Source: a virus. Taken from it: a stretch of DNA of 64,000 bases. Where the stretch lies: positions 25,757 to 89,756 of the IMG/VR virus record IMGVR_UViG_3300025446_000004, one strand, 5' to 3'. Shown piece after piece: positions 7,847-17,062 of this stretch (its first letter is position 1; each line of letters opens with the position of its first letter). Under the pieces are notes generated by a model. The model did not search any database and was not told the origin of the DNA. It saw only the letters and a list, made by a program, of their open reading frames with translations. Made by a program: the position numbers and the translations under genes.

Positions 7847-8621
7847 TAAAAATATATCCCACGTCTATGAAAAAGACGAGTCTCCTTGTGAGCACAAATG
7901 GTCGCTCTATCGCCCTAGAAACAGTGGTATTGTAAAACGCTGCCTAAAATGTGGCTACATTCTTATTGAAAAAACCCCATGTCAACATCCCAATGCTTAT
8001 TATATTGGCATCGATCCAGAGGCGCAGGGGCCAACATCTGTTTACCGGTGTGAATCATGTAGAGAAGATTTTAAAAAAGAAGGCTGTTGGCACTTACACC
8101 GCGCAATAGCACGGCGAGAGCTTGAAACCAACGCAGCAGGAGAACAACTATATTTATATTACGAAACATGTTTGGACTGTGGTGAGCGGCTTGTCAAAGC
8201 TCCGGAGCCGTATCAAGATAGTAACTGCACCAGTTGTCACCGCAGGGGCACAGTTCTATTCCATAGATTACCTAGTGGAAAAAACATTGCTCTATGTACG
8301 ATGTGCGGTAAATACACCGACTTGTCAGTAAACTCCCCGGCAGCTACCATTACCACAGCAGCCCAACAATTAAACGAACAAATGACCCGCAATCGGGCAG
8401 CTAGGGATTTACTCAGAGCCAGTTTGCCCACAGATACTTTACAAGAACAAAGAATAATGCAAGGAATTGTAAATACGCAATTAGAAGCTTTAGCTAGAAA
8501 TATGACCCCCGCATTTGCACGTAGCCAACCAAAAACCACGGCTATAGTTGTAAAAAGGGAAACCACAACTCTTGTTGTGTCTACCGACCAAAGACCGCGT
8601 AAGTTCATTTGGGACGCATAG
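7833..8621 (+). CDS. multi-zinc-ribbon hypothetical protein
   Basis: Three CxH...CxxC units plus a CxxC...CxxC unit, helical C-terminus. Confidence 0.65.
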   Translation: MSDPDKNISHVYEKDESPCEHKWSLYRPRNSGIVKRCLKCGYILIEKTPCQHPNAYYIGIDPEAQGPTSVYRCESCREDFKKEGCWHLHRAIARRELETNAAGEQLYLYYETCLDCGERLVKAPEPYQDSNCTSCHRRGTVLFHRLPSGKNIALCTMCGKYTDLSVNSPAATITTAAQQLNEQMTRNRAARDLLRASLPTDTLQEQRIMQGIVNTQLEALARNMTPAFARSQPKTTAIVVKRETTTLVVSTDQRPRKFIWDA

Positions 8622-8629
8622 GGGGAACA

Positions 8630-8897
8630 ATGGAGTATACTCAAAAACTTGATGTACTTTGTACCGAAGTACGAAATGAAGTCACACGTGCTGTATCTCT
8701 TCATGGCGGTATGAAAAGTCAGCACGAGGCTTATGCTGTAATCCTTGAAGAACTTGATGAGTTTTGGGATTTGGTGAAAATCAACCCAAAAAAAACTTCC
8801 ACCCGAGGAACAAGATAAACGGTTGGACGACATGCACGTTGAACTCATCCAAATCGCAGCTATGGCAATCCGAACGATCTATGATCTAGCATTATAG
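8630..8897 (+). pseudogene. MazG-like (NTP pyrophosphohydrolase fold) protein split by a frameshift at an A8 run
   Basis: HEAYAVILEELDEFW in one frame continues as ...MHVELIQIAAMAIR in the +1 frame; removing one A at 8788-8795 restores it. Confidence 0.7.
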
Positions 8898-8905
8898 GAG
8901 GAAGC

Positions 8906-9367
8906 ATGAAATCACAAACCCTGCTGCAATCATTCGTTACATACTGCCAAGACCATCCAGAGGAACGCTTCTGGCAAGCCTTGCGAAACTGGTCAAAGTG
9001 GAGTTTTATTGGTGTATCAAATGACTTGGTGAGTTGGCGAGATACAATGTTTTGGGAGGGCCGATCAAGCTTTATTGAGGGGATCGGACCGGACCAGAAA
9101 ATTAAAAGCCATAGGATTGACGTTCGACACGTCTGCGCTATCTGTGATAAGGTGTATGGAGAACATGAGGCATATAGCAACCGATGCACATATGGCCCAA
9201 AAAGTGCCGTGCTGAATGGAGTGAAATTTCTGGACACTGTGTTTGCTCCCAAGAAGGGGTGGGAACCACCGGCGGATGACTCTAATAAAATGTTAGTACA
9301 AGACAGGCTCCAAAGCAGACGTTATCAGGGTGACGAGCAAGAAAGTTCCGCAGAGAGGTTGAGCTAA
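8906..9367 (+). CDS. hypothetical protein
   Basis: RBS GGAGG; contiguous operon. Confidence 0.65.
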   Translation: MKSQTLLQSFVTYCQDHPEERFWQALRNWSKWSFIGVSNDLVSWRDTMFWEGRSSFIEGIGPDQKIKSHRIDVRHVCAICDKVYGEHEAYSNRCTYGPKSAVLNGVKFLDTVFAPKKGWEPPADDSNKMLVQDRLQSRRYQGDEQESSAERLS

Positions 9368-9597
9368 TGTATATATCTTGTTACCGAATTTACAAACTCC
9401 GTCCTGACATGAAACCTGTTTGCTGTGAATCGTGTCATACGGATGATGAAGAATTTGGTTATGATTTATGTGCAGTTGACGGTCCAGATGGATCAATTGG
9501 TGAACATACTGGTGGAGTTTGTTGTAGAATGTCGATGCAACTTGACGATAAACCCTTAACTGTTGAAGAATGGGAAAAACTGAAAACGGAGGAGTAA
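9367..9597 (+). CDS. small Cys-rich protein
   Basis: TAATG coupling; CCESCH and VCC motifs. Confidence 0.6.
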   Translation: MYISCYRIYKLRPDMKPVCCESCHTDDEEFGYDLCAVDGPDGSIGEHTGGVCCRMSMQLDDKPLTVEEWEKLKTEE

Positions 9598-10073
9598 TGG
9601 CTAAAAAGAAATCATCCAAGCGTCCTATGAAGCCATACTGGACATTCGTGAACGACATTACATACTATCTAAAAGACCACTTCTACCTGCACTCGTGGAC
9701 TCTTCATGTTCTGCAAGTAAAGAACGACAAGACTAGCCAGAACGATACAAATGCCGAAGTGATTGCTAGCATGGGTAGTGATGATACCTATATGGACGCG
9801 ACTCTTAGTTTGTATCCTCTAGCAAAAAGAATGTGGAAAGAAAGGCGATGCAATTCCCTTGGACGTGCCATTGTACATGAATTCTGTCACGTCATAACCG
9901 ATCCTCTGTACAAGATTGCTTGTAACGGGATATGTCGCCGCGAAGGTCCGGGGCTGGAACATACGCGAGAGAATACGACACAACACATATGCAACATTGT
10001 CATGCCCGGCATCGACAAAAAAATCTTCTCTCCATATAAAAATATCAGGAGTAAACGACAATGCATACATTGA
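9597..10073 (+). CDS. HExxH motif protein
   Basis: IVHEFCHV; GGAG RBS; TAATG coupling. Confidence 0.65.
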   Translation: MAKKKSSKRPMKPYWTFVNDITYYLKDHFYLHSWTLHVLQVKNDKTSQNDTNAEVIASMGSDDTYMDATLSLYPLAKRMWKERRCNSLGRAIVHEFCHVITDPLYKIACNGICRREGPGLEHTRENTTQHICNIVMPGIDKKIFSPYKNIRSKRQCIH

Positions 10074-10324
10074 CAACGGACCAGAAAATGACAATTCGTA
10101 GAAATGCACAGCGAGCCATTGACGAATGCGACTATCGGGCATTCAGAAACAGTCTGTTATCCCCAGAGCAGATTGTCGCCCTGCTGGATGAAACAGAGGC
10201 CATAAGGAATCGTCTCTCGACCATCTACCGGGAAGATTCCTATGAAGTCAGGCGACAAGCCAATCCACCTATAATGATCTCAGCCGTATCTGCTAGACGT
10301 AAGGCGATGCAATACCCATTGTAA
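10061..10324 (+). CDS. hypothetical protein
   Basis: AGGAG RBS. Confidence 0.55.
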   Translation: MHTLTTDQKMTIRRNAQRAIDECDYRAFRNSLLSPEQIVALLDETEAIRNRLSTIYREDSYEVRRQANPPIMISAVSARRKAMQYPL

Positions 10325-10370
10325 TAAAAGATAAAAATATATTGGAACTAAAGGACAAGGAGGAACCACA

Positions 10371-10574
10371 ATGGTAAAGTATTCATTCAGACATACACAT
10401 GGTTGGATCGTAAAAGTATTGTGGGAAGAAATCATCCAATCAAGTAACGATATATTGTTATTGAAACAAATGGCAATCGATGGCAACGACAAATTGCAAG
10501 TAGTCATCATCAACATGCAGGACCGCCGGGAGAGGATGCTAAATCTCTACGACTTCTTTACACCAAAGGATTAG
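10371..10574 (+). CDS. hypothetical protein
   Basis: AGGAGG RBS; last gene before the terminator. Confidence 0.55.
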   Translation: MVKYSFRHTHGWIVKVLWEEIIQSSNDILLLKQMAIDGNDKLQVVIINMQDRRERMLNLYDFFTPKD

Positions 10575-10600
10575 TTCAAGAAGTGCCATTTGAAATAACT

Positions 10601-10639
10601 CCTGCACAATAACTCGCCCAAAGTTATCGTGCAGGTTTT
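10601..10639 (+). terminator. intrinsic terminator
   Basis: CCTGCACAATAACT/AGTTATCGTGCAGG stem followed by TTTT. Confidence 0.65.
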
Positions 10640-10808
10640 GTGTATTCACAAAATTTATATTAGAACACTTCTAATAACATTATATTGAAGTGACCCCCTT
10701 TTCCGCATATCTCCAACCGGCCCCCTGACACCCTTCCAGCCTTGACACAAGCCCTTTATATCCCCATAGGCTTGACACTACCCCGTTAAGACCCCCTTCC
10801 TATACCAA

Positions 10809-10824
10809 TGTTCCACGTGGAACA
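10809..10824. promoter_or_regulatory. parS-type centromere site
   Basis: Perfect palindrome TGTTCCACGTGGAACA resembling the bacterial parS consensus TGTTNCACGTGAAACA; extra half-site GTGAAACA at 10829-10836. Confidence 0.8.
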
Positions 10825-11338
10825 CAGTGTGAAACATTTGATTCCATTGGGAGCGTCTGTGTTTCATGCTGCCATGCCGGGATAGCTGCGCACGCTGTTA
10901 ATTATTACAACGCGCTGGATTAGTGGGGTATCCGATTTTGGCCACACCAGCAAAAGCTGACGAACGCATACCCCTGTGGGGTCTGGCGGCACGGTCGGCC
11001 CGGTACTTCTTAACCACCCTATAACCCCTGTAAAATCTTATACATGCGCCATGTAAACGGTTACAATGTTTCTGGGTTGCAACCTTTTACCGTTGGAATT
11101 CTGCGGCATCCGGTTTGTAACTCGTTTGGTTTTAATGGGATGGTCGCAATGTAAACAAAATCACATAATGTTGACAAATGGTCACAGGTTATCAACTAAT
11201 AAATTAGTTGATGGTTTGGAAACAAGATTGTGTGACGTGGCGCATAGTAAACGACAGGATACGGCCCATTTAATCTTTACATCCGTTCCCCTATTGAACT
11301 CGGTCCGTTCCGGGGTTCGCATCCGGCCCGGTTCTATT

Positions 11339-12621
11339 GCGGCCCGTTGCCGGTGTTCCTATAGTTGCTTGTGTCGATGTTCCCCGGCCCGTTTGGAGTC
11401 AACATCTGGCGGCCCGGTCGCCGGTGTTCTCGGTTGTCATGCTGCTACGTTGACCGGTTTGATTAGTTTGACCAGCGTCCCATTGCCGGGGTTATATGGT
11501 CTCAAGGTTCTATGGGGGGGTCACTGTCAATTGCCCGGCTTGGACCATTGCCGATAAAAATATAGTGGAACTCGCACAGGGCGATTTAAGCGGTTCGGAT
11601 CATTGCCGGGGTAATTCCCCATACCTGTGGTTAATACGGGCGCAGAGTGGCCCGGTTCTATTGCGGCCCGGTCGCCGGTTGCATGGCGGCCCGGTTGCTA
11701 TGCTGGCATTGACCGGCAGCCCCTTGGTTCGGGGTTACTAGGGTTCTATGGTTAAGGTATAAGGTCGAAGTCAATTGCTCGGCTCGGCCCGATCCGTTGC
11801 CGATAAAAATATATTGAAACTAACGCAACGTGATTTTACCGGCGGCCCGGTTCCACGGTTGACCAATTGACCGATTGACCGGCGGCCCATATCAGGCGGC
11901 CCGGTTGCCGGATCATTGCCGGATTACTGCGGCCCGTTACGCTCGCGGTTGTCGGTTTAATCTGGCGGCCCATTGCCGGGGTTGTTAGGTATAAGGGAAC
12001 GTGAGCTAAACGGGCCGGGCCGGATCATTCCCGATAACTTTATATCGTAACTCACTGCAAGGCGATTTAAACGACCTGTACCGTTGCCGGGGATCATTCC
12101 ATACTGGCGGCCCATTGAACGCATGGCGGCCCGGTTCTGATCACTGGCGGCCCGTTGTAATTGGCGGCCCGGTTCCTGGGTTGCGTTATCGGTTGCTGAT
12201 CATTTGGAGCAACCGGCGGCCCGTGGTTCTAATATTTTTTTCGTGGAATTCAACCGCTAGCACGTACAATGCCAAACGGCCCAATGTACTGTGAAAATTC
12301 CGAACGAAAGTAATACCGCTAAAATATGGCTCGGCGGCCCGGTTCGCATTGTAATGTTATAAATAAATCGCTTTACTTGCGGTTTTGTAAACGATTACAT
12401 TTCAGCCAATTAGTAAAGCGATTTACTAGCGGCTCTGTATGTCCTTGATTCTATTAACTAAATCGCTTTACAATCGCTTGCAAGCTAAATCAATTTACCT
12501 TGCCCGGTGTTGATCCGATTTTGAAAAATGAGGTGACCGGTCAACTCACGGCCCGGCGGCCCGTCTAGCGCGAAATACAGTTTCCCATATCAGGCGAATA
12601 TTAAGAGAATATTTGCGGCCC
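11339..12621 (+). repeat. non-coding region with same-strand GGCGGCCC octamers and degenerate ~240-bp units
   Basis: 13 GGCGGCCC plus 4 TGCGGCCC counted by eye; CCGATAA...AACT...GATTT block at 11551, 11800, 12031. Confidence 0.85.
12363..12498. promoter_or_regulatory. cluster of LacI/GalR-family-like operators
   Basis: ATAAATCGCTTTAC, TGTAAACGATTACA, TAGTAAAGCGATTTACTA, CTAAATCGCTTTAC, CTAAATCAATTTAC. Confidence 0.6.
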
Positions 12622-12731
12622 ACAGTTGGCCTGCGACTCGTATTTTGCTATTACTTTAGTTTTCTTCAATTCTTTTATTGTGTTGTAATTTTGTTCGAGC
12701 TAGCCGCATAATCAAGGGGAAAGGGGAAAAA

Positions 12732-12929
12732 ATGGAAACATACTTCATTGTCATGGCCCTGTTAGCAACCGTGGTTCTAATGTTGGCCGGTCTTGTATGG
12801 CTCAATCATTGTCACCATAAAGCAACCATGATCTGTTTACTCATGCTCGTGTGTTGCTTTTTTCCGCCATTCCTTATCGTGGCTATTTTGATCGTGATGT
12901 GCGGTCAAGGAAAGGGGGAACCCCAATGA
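12732..12929 (+). CDS. small two-TM membrane protein
   Basis: Two hydrophobic stretches; AAGGGG RBS. Confidence 0.65.
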   Translation: METYFIVMALLATVVLMLAGLVWLNHCHHKATMICLLMLVCCFFPPFLIVAILIVMCGQGKGEPQ

Positions 12930-13216
12930 TGTACAAAGTGAACCTCAAGGGTTACAACGGCAACCGCAATAAATCAGTTCTGGTGTTAGCTCCCGATAAA
13001 AATGCAGCGATTAGCATCGCCTTACACGAGTCTGGTTTTTTCAGTGTCGAATCCGTTCAACCGGAACCGGTCGAATTTGGTTTTGACTATAAGCATCAAG
13101 CTTGGGTCCGAAACAACCGATACGTTGGATGCGGCCACACGAACCGGCCCACGTGCGGTTGCTTTGGCTCACTTCATGCCGGGGAACCGGTTCGGGCCGA
13201 TGCGGAGTTTAAGTAA
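12926..13216 (+). CDS. hypothetical protein with C-terminal CGH..CGC motif
   Basis: ATGA overlap; GGGGG RBS. Confidence 0.6.
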   Translation: MMYKVNLKGYNGNRNKSVLVLAPDKNAAISIALHESGFFSVESVQPEPVEFGFDYKHQAWVRNNRYVGCGHTNRPTCGCFGSLHAGEPVRADAEFK

Positions 13217-13398
13217 AAATATATGGAAACTGCATTGCACCTTGACAGAATACCGGCAAACGTTTGGCGCGAGTACGTGCAAGCGATACAGCGCACCGGG
13301 TTAACTCATCCGCTCAATGTCGCACTTGACCGGTTGCAGTTTTTATTTTCACTTTCCCCGGTTGACGTGGAAAAATATTTTCAAGAGAGGAGGAGCGC

Positions 13399-13497
13399 AT
13401 GATCCAAATGGTAGAAAGCTTTTTCCTGCTTTACACCGCGGCAGTGAGCGTGGTGTTGATCCTTGGCGCAATAGCTGTCAAGAACTCGGACCGATAA
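13399..13497 (+). CDS. 32-aa single-TM peptide (not in ORF track)
   Basis: GGAGGAG RBS; MIQMVESFFLLYTAAVSVVLILGAIAVKNSDR. Confidence 0.55.
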   Translation: MIQMVESFFLLYTAAVSVVLILGAIAVKNSDR

Positions 13498-13527
13498 CGC
13501 AACACTAACCAGAAAGGAAAAACTCGA

Positions 13528-13773
13528 ATGTTTAATCTTTACAAATTCGTGTTTGTTTCAAAATCGCATGACGGAAAAAGGGCCGAAATACGGCGAGTAA
13601 ACAAGTACACCGGCGCAACGAAAACTTTCCACGGTGTGAAATGCGGAGACGGGTTCCAAATCATTACCGGTTCGCGTGGTTTTTTTGACAACGGAAAAAC
13701 GGTAACACTTCCGGTTTACACCTTGCTTAAGGCGAGCGAAATTGAATCGTCCCCGGCAACCGAAACGTTGTAA
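13528..13773 (+). CDS. hypothetical protein
   Basis: AAAGGA RBS in a shared leader motif. Confidence 0.65.
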   Translation: MFNLYKFVFVSKSHDGKRAEIRRVNKYTGATKTFHGVKCGDGFQIITGSRGFFDNGKTVTLPVYTLLKASEIESSPATETL

Positions 13774-13968
13774 TAACATTTTCAAGAAAGTGTATCAAAG
13801 CAATGCAAAGTTTAGTTATTGGACGTGCCAGCGATTGTGACTGTAACTTGTGCCGTGGGTATGGCTGGCACATTTTCGCACCTTGGACAGTCCGAATGTG
13901 GCATAAGGTTTCCCGATTTTTCATTGAGAGTTATCAACAACATTTCAACCAGAAACGAGGATGAAAAA

Positions 13969-14184
13969 ATGATTGTCACGGAAACAATATCCTATAGGGT
14001 CTCAGGTATAGGGAAAACGTGGGAGGGGTTTAACATCACTTTTTCTCGTGAGTTTGACTATTTTCCGAGTTTGGATAATGTTCTCAAAACAACCGGAGAC
14101 TTTGAGACAATTGATCATATTAAGGTGCATTGCGTGCACACTGTAACGTGTGAAGAAACCACTAAGTGTGCATTGGCTTTGTAA
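13969..14184 (+). CDS. hypothetical protein
   Basis: GAGGA RBS before ATG 13969. Confidence 0.6.
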   Translation: MIVTETISYRVSGIGKTWEGFNITFSREFDYFPSLDNVLKTTGDFETIDHIKVHCVHTVTCEETTKCALAL

Positions 14185-14221
14185 ATATTATGAATTCAAC
14201 CCGAAACGAGGATTTTGACCT

Positions 14222-15772
14222 ATGGATTTTGTAACGCAATACCGGGCGGCCCGGCGAGTATCAACACCGCTGCTAGTCGTCCGCACATTTGACAGTAATT
14301 CAACCATCCGAACGATACGCGCAACTATCGGGGAAAAAATTGAGGATGTTGCGCTTATTCGTTGGGATATTTGCCACGGTTGCGAACCATTAACCAAACG
14401 GGCCGGGATCGAATTAAACGAAATGCTAGCGGGGGAAGAACCCGATATTACCCTGTCACTAGAAAACACTTTGAGGCTAGCAGAAAAACAGGCACACTCT
14501 GACCAGTCAACCATGGTCACATTGTTTATTTGTAACGCTCATTTGTTCTGGCGTGATAATCCGCAAGTGATTCAAGGAATTTGGAATTTGCGCGATCTTT
14601 ACAAGTCAAACGCTAACATGCTGGTGTTACTTACTTCCCCCGGTCAAACGGTACCGGCAGAATTGTCGAACGATGTTCTTGTGTTAGATGAACCGCTCCC
14701 CACACGTTCCGAACTCGGAAAAATCATTACTGATACTTTCCACTTTGCAAAATGGACTGCCCCAACTGGTGACCCACTAGAGCGGGCAGTTGATGCATTA
14801 GTGGGAGTGCCGGCTTTCGCAGCAGAGCAAAGTACCGCGATGAGTCTTGAAAGCAAAACTCAAGATTTAAATCTAAGCTCACTGTGGCAACACAAGCGAA
14901 CTATTATTGCTCAGACTCCGGGGTTATCGTTATTTGACGGCGACGATACGCTTGACAACATCGGAGGATTGGACAGTATCAAGTCATTCATTAGTTGTTT
15001 AATGAATGGGAAGCTTCCCCCGGCAGTGATCCTGTTTTCAGATGAAATTGAAAAAGGGTATGCCGGTACCGGAACCGATTTGAGCGGCACTAAAACGGAA
15101 TTGACCGGCGGCACACTCACATGGACTGAGGAAAAAGGAATTGACGGTATCCTATTACTTGGAGTACCCGGTGTGGGAAAATCGGCAATTATTAAGGCCA
15201 TGGGTGGAACGTACAATCGGCCCGTTATCGGGTTCGATGTTGGAGCAATGCAGGGTTCGCTCGTGGGTCAATCAGGCGCAAACTTCCGCACTGCTACAAA
15301 AACGGTTGACGCAATTTCGGACGGAAAAATCCTGTGGGTCGCAACATGTAACAGTGTTAATGCACTGCCTCCGGAGTTACGCTCACGATTCAAATTAGGC
15401 ACTTTCTTTTTTGATGTTCCAACTGAAACGGAACGGGCCGCGATTTGGAACATATACCGGGCAAAGTATGAAATACCGACGAATGATCCTACTCCGGATT
15501 GTACGGGGTGGACAGGCCGCGAAATTCGAGAGTGTGCATATAAGGCATACAGGTTTGGTATCACACTCAAGGAGGCGGCCCGGTACGTTGTTCCGGTAAC
15601 CATTTCGAGTAAAGAACAAATTCAAGGCTTGAGGCTAGCAAGCTCTGGGAAGTATCTTTCGGCTAGTTACCCCGGTCTGTTCAATTGCCGGGGAGAGTTA
15701 CCAGCAGCGAACATTGCAACCGTACCGGTTCTCCGTGCGGCCCGGTCACTCCAATTTGATGAGGAAAGGTAA
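14222..15772 (+). CDS. Ycf46-like AAA+ ATPase with rearranged motif order
   Basis: IGGLDSIK, VILFSDEIEK (Walker B) before GVPGVGKS (Walker A), GSLVGQS, ATCN..ALPPELRSRF, GWTGREI. Confidence 0.9.
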   Translation: MDFVTQYRAARRVSTPLLVVRTFDSNSTIRTIRATIGEKIEDVALIRWDICHGCEPLTKRAGIELNEMLAGEEPDITLSLENTLRLAEKQAHSDQSTMVTLFICNAHLFWRDNPQVIQGIWNLRDLYKSNANMLVLLTSPGQTVPAELSNDVLVLDEPLPTRSELGKIITDTFHFAKWTAPTGDPLERAVDALVGVPAFAAEQSTAMSLESKTQDLNLSSLWQHKRTIIAQTPGLSLFDGDDTLDNIGGLDSIKSFISCLMNGKLPPAVILFSDEIEKGYAGTGTDLSGTKTELTGGTLTWTEEKGIDGILLLGVPGVGKSAIIKAMGGTYNRPVIGFDVGAMQGSLVGQSGANFRTATKTVDAISDGKILWVATCNSVNALPPELRSRFKLGTFFFDVPTETERAAIWNIYRAKYEIPTNDPTPDCTGWTGREIRECAYKAYRFGITLKEAARYVVPVTISSKEQIQGLRLASSGKYLSASYPGLFNCRGELPAANIATVPVLRAARSLQFDEER

Positions 15773-15776
15773 ACCG

Positions 15777-16160
15777 ATGAGTGCATATTCTGAATTCCCA
15801 ATGTCCGAGTTTAAAGACTGTAACCTCTTGATCGAGGCAATGGAAAAAATGGGATACAGTCAAATCAGCCTCGACAAAACGAACTATGAATTGAGGCCAA
15901 TGCAACCCGATTTAGTGTTTCGTAAAAATGGCGCATACGCTAGCACGTGGAACGATGTAGGCTTCAAGCGTACCCCGAACGGCACTTATAGTGCTATGTT
16001 CTCGGATTACGCAACCGGCAATACTCAAACATGGGTGCAAAAACTCAAAGGCGAGTACATCGAATGCGGTGTGATTCTCCAAGCCAAGAAAATGGGATTG
16101 CGGCCTGTGGGTCGCACTGAGAAAAATGGTAAGGTAACGCTCGTTTATCAGCGTGCATAA
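15777..16160 (+). CDS. DUF1257 (Ycf35-like) protein
   Basis: MSxYS...L.EA.EKMGY...NDVGFKRxxNGTY...DY; follows the Ycf46-like ATPase. Confidence 0.75.
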   Translation: MSAYSEFPMSEFKDCNLLIEAMEKMGYSQISLDKTNYELRPMQPDLVFRKNGAYASTWNDVGFKRTPNGTYSAMFSDYATGNTQTWVQKLKGEYIECGVILQAKKMGLRPVGRTEKNGKVTLVYQRA

Positions 16161-16195
16161 CGCAAGCGCAACCGAAAGGAAAAGGTAAAAATATC

Positions 16196-16393
16196 ATGGC
16201 GAAAACGAAACTTGTAACCATTACGATTGACAAAGAAGCCGGCGGAGGATTCACATGCGATACAACCGGTTTCGAGGGCAAAGGGTGTGCCGATATTCAC
16301 AGGATGTTTGAGTCTATTGGCGGCCCCGGCAAAACGGATCATAAGCCAGAGTGGAACCAAATACAACGGTTGAACGTTACGGCGGGGAGGTAA
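16196..16393 (+). CDS. DUF2997-family small protein
   Basis: VTITID...GFEGKGC...KPEW; typical context after DUF1257. Confidence 0.75.
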   Translation: MAKTKLVTITIDKEAGGGFTCDTTGFEGKGCADIHRMFESIGGPGKTDHKPEWNQIQRLNVTAGR

Positions 16394-16396
16394 TCT

Positions 16397-17035
16397 ATGT
16401 TAGTTCATGCACGTATCGATAGCTCACAAGTCAATGGGCCGGGGAACCGGGCAGTGCTATGGTTTCAAGGTTGTTCCCTTAACTGCCTCGGATGTTGGAA
16501 TGAGGGCACTCACCCATTTGATTTTGCTTATCACGTAGAATGGGGAACCATTCAAACATGGTTGATGAATTTACCGGCAGATGTAACAGGGTTGACCCTA
16601 TCAGGGGGAGAGCCATTGCAGCACTCGTTTGACGTGCTAGCAATAGCCGATTTTTTGAGCCTAGTACGGCCCGGTTTTTCCATTGGCTTATTCACGGGGT
16701 ACACTCTGCCAGAGTTACGGGCCGGTCGATTCCAAACTATCGACCAAACCGGAACCCGTTTGATACTCGGGGAACCGGAATTATGGGCCGCGATTGAAAA
16801 CAGAATCGATTTTGCAGTAATGGGCCGGTTTAATCCGGGATTAGTAACCATTAAAAAACCGTTATGCGGTTCCGATAACCAAAGGGTTGTTCTATTCTCG
16901 AACCGCCATAAGCTTGCGGATTTTGACGGGCAAGCTTGCGAGATTACAATTGGGGAACATGAGGGCCAGATGTGCGCAACTATGACGGGGTTCCCCGGTT
17001 CTGAATTCATTACCAGCATCAAAACTGCCCTATAA
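16397..17035 (+). CDS. NrdG-like radical SAM / 4Fe-4S activating protein
   Basis: VNGPGxRAVLWFQGCxxxCxxCxN, GLTLSGGEP, FTGY, GSDNQ. Confidence 0.9.
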   Translation: MLVHARIDSSQVNGPGNRAVLWFQGCSLNCLGCWNEGTHPFDFAYHVEWGTIQTWLMNLPADVTGLTLSGGEPLQHSFDVLAIADFLSLVRPGFSIGLFTGYTLPELRAGRFQTIDQTGTRLILGEPELWAAIENRIDFAVMGRFNPGLVTIKKPLCGSDNQRVVLFSNRHKLADFDGQACEITIGEHEGQMCATMTGFPGSEFITSIKTAL

Positions 17036-17062
17036 CGGGGTAACGAAAAGGAAGGTTAGAAC

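Noticed and set aside
11066-11741. ORFs 11066-11557 and 11496-11741 (also 18721-18939 and 18977-19168)
   Set aside because: They overlap repeat tracts, lack an RBS and read as Arg/Gly/Pro-rich translations of GGCGGCCC repeats
12341-12368. dif (XerCD) site
   Set aside because: The left arm resembles the XerC box but the right arm matches TTATGTTAAAT poorly
11339-12621. CRISPR array
   Set aside because: The repeat is only 8-10 bp with irregular spacing; no 25-45 bp direct repeats with unique spacers; no cas genes
13860-13915. sigma54 promoter (TGGCAC...)
   Set aside because: GG-to-GC spacing is 9 nt rather than the required 10
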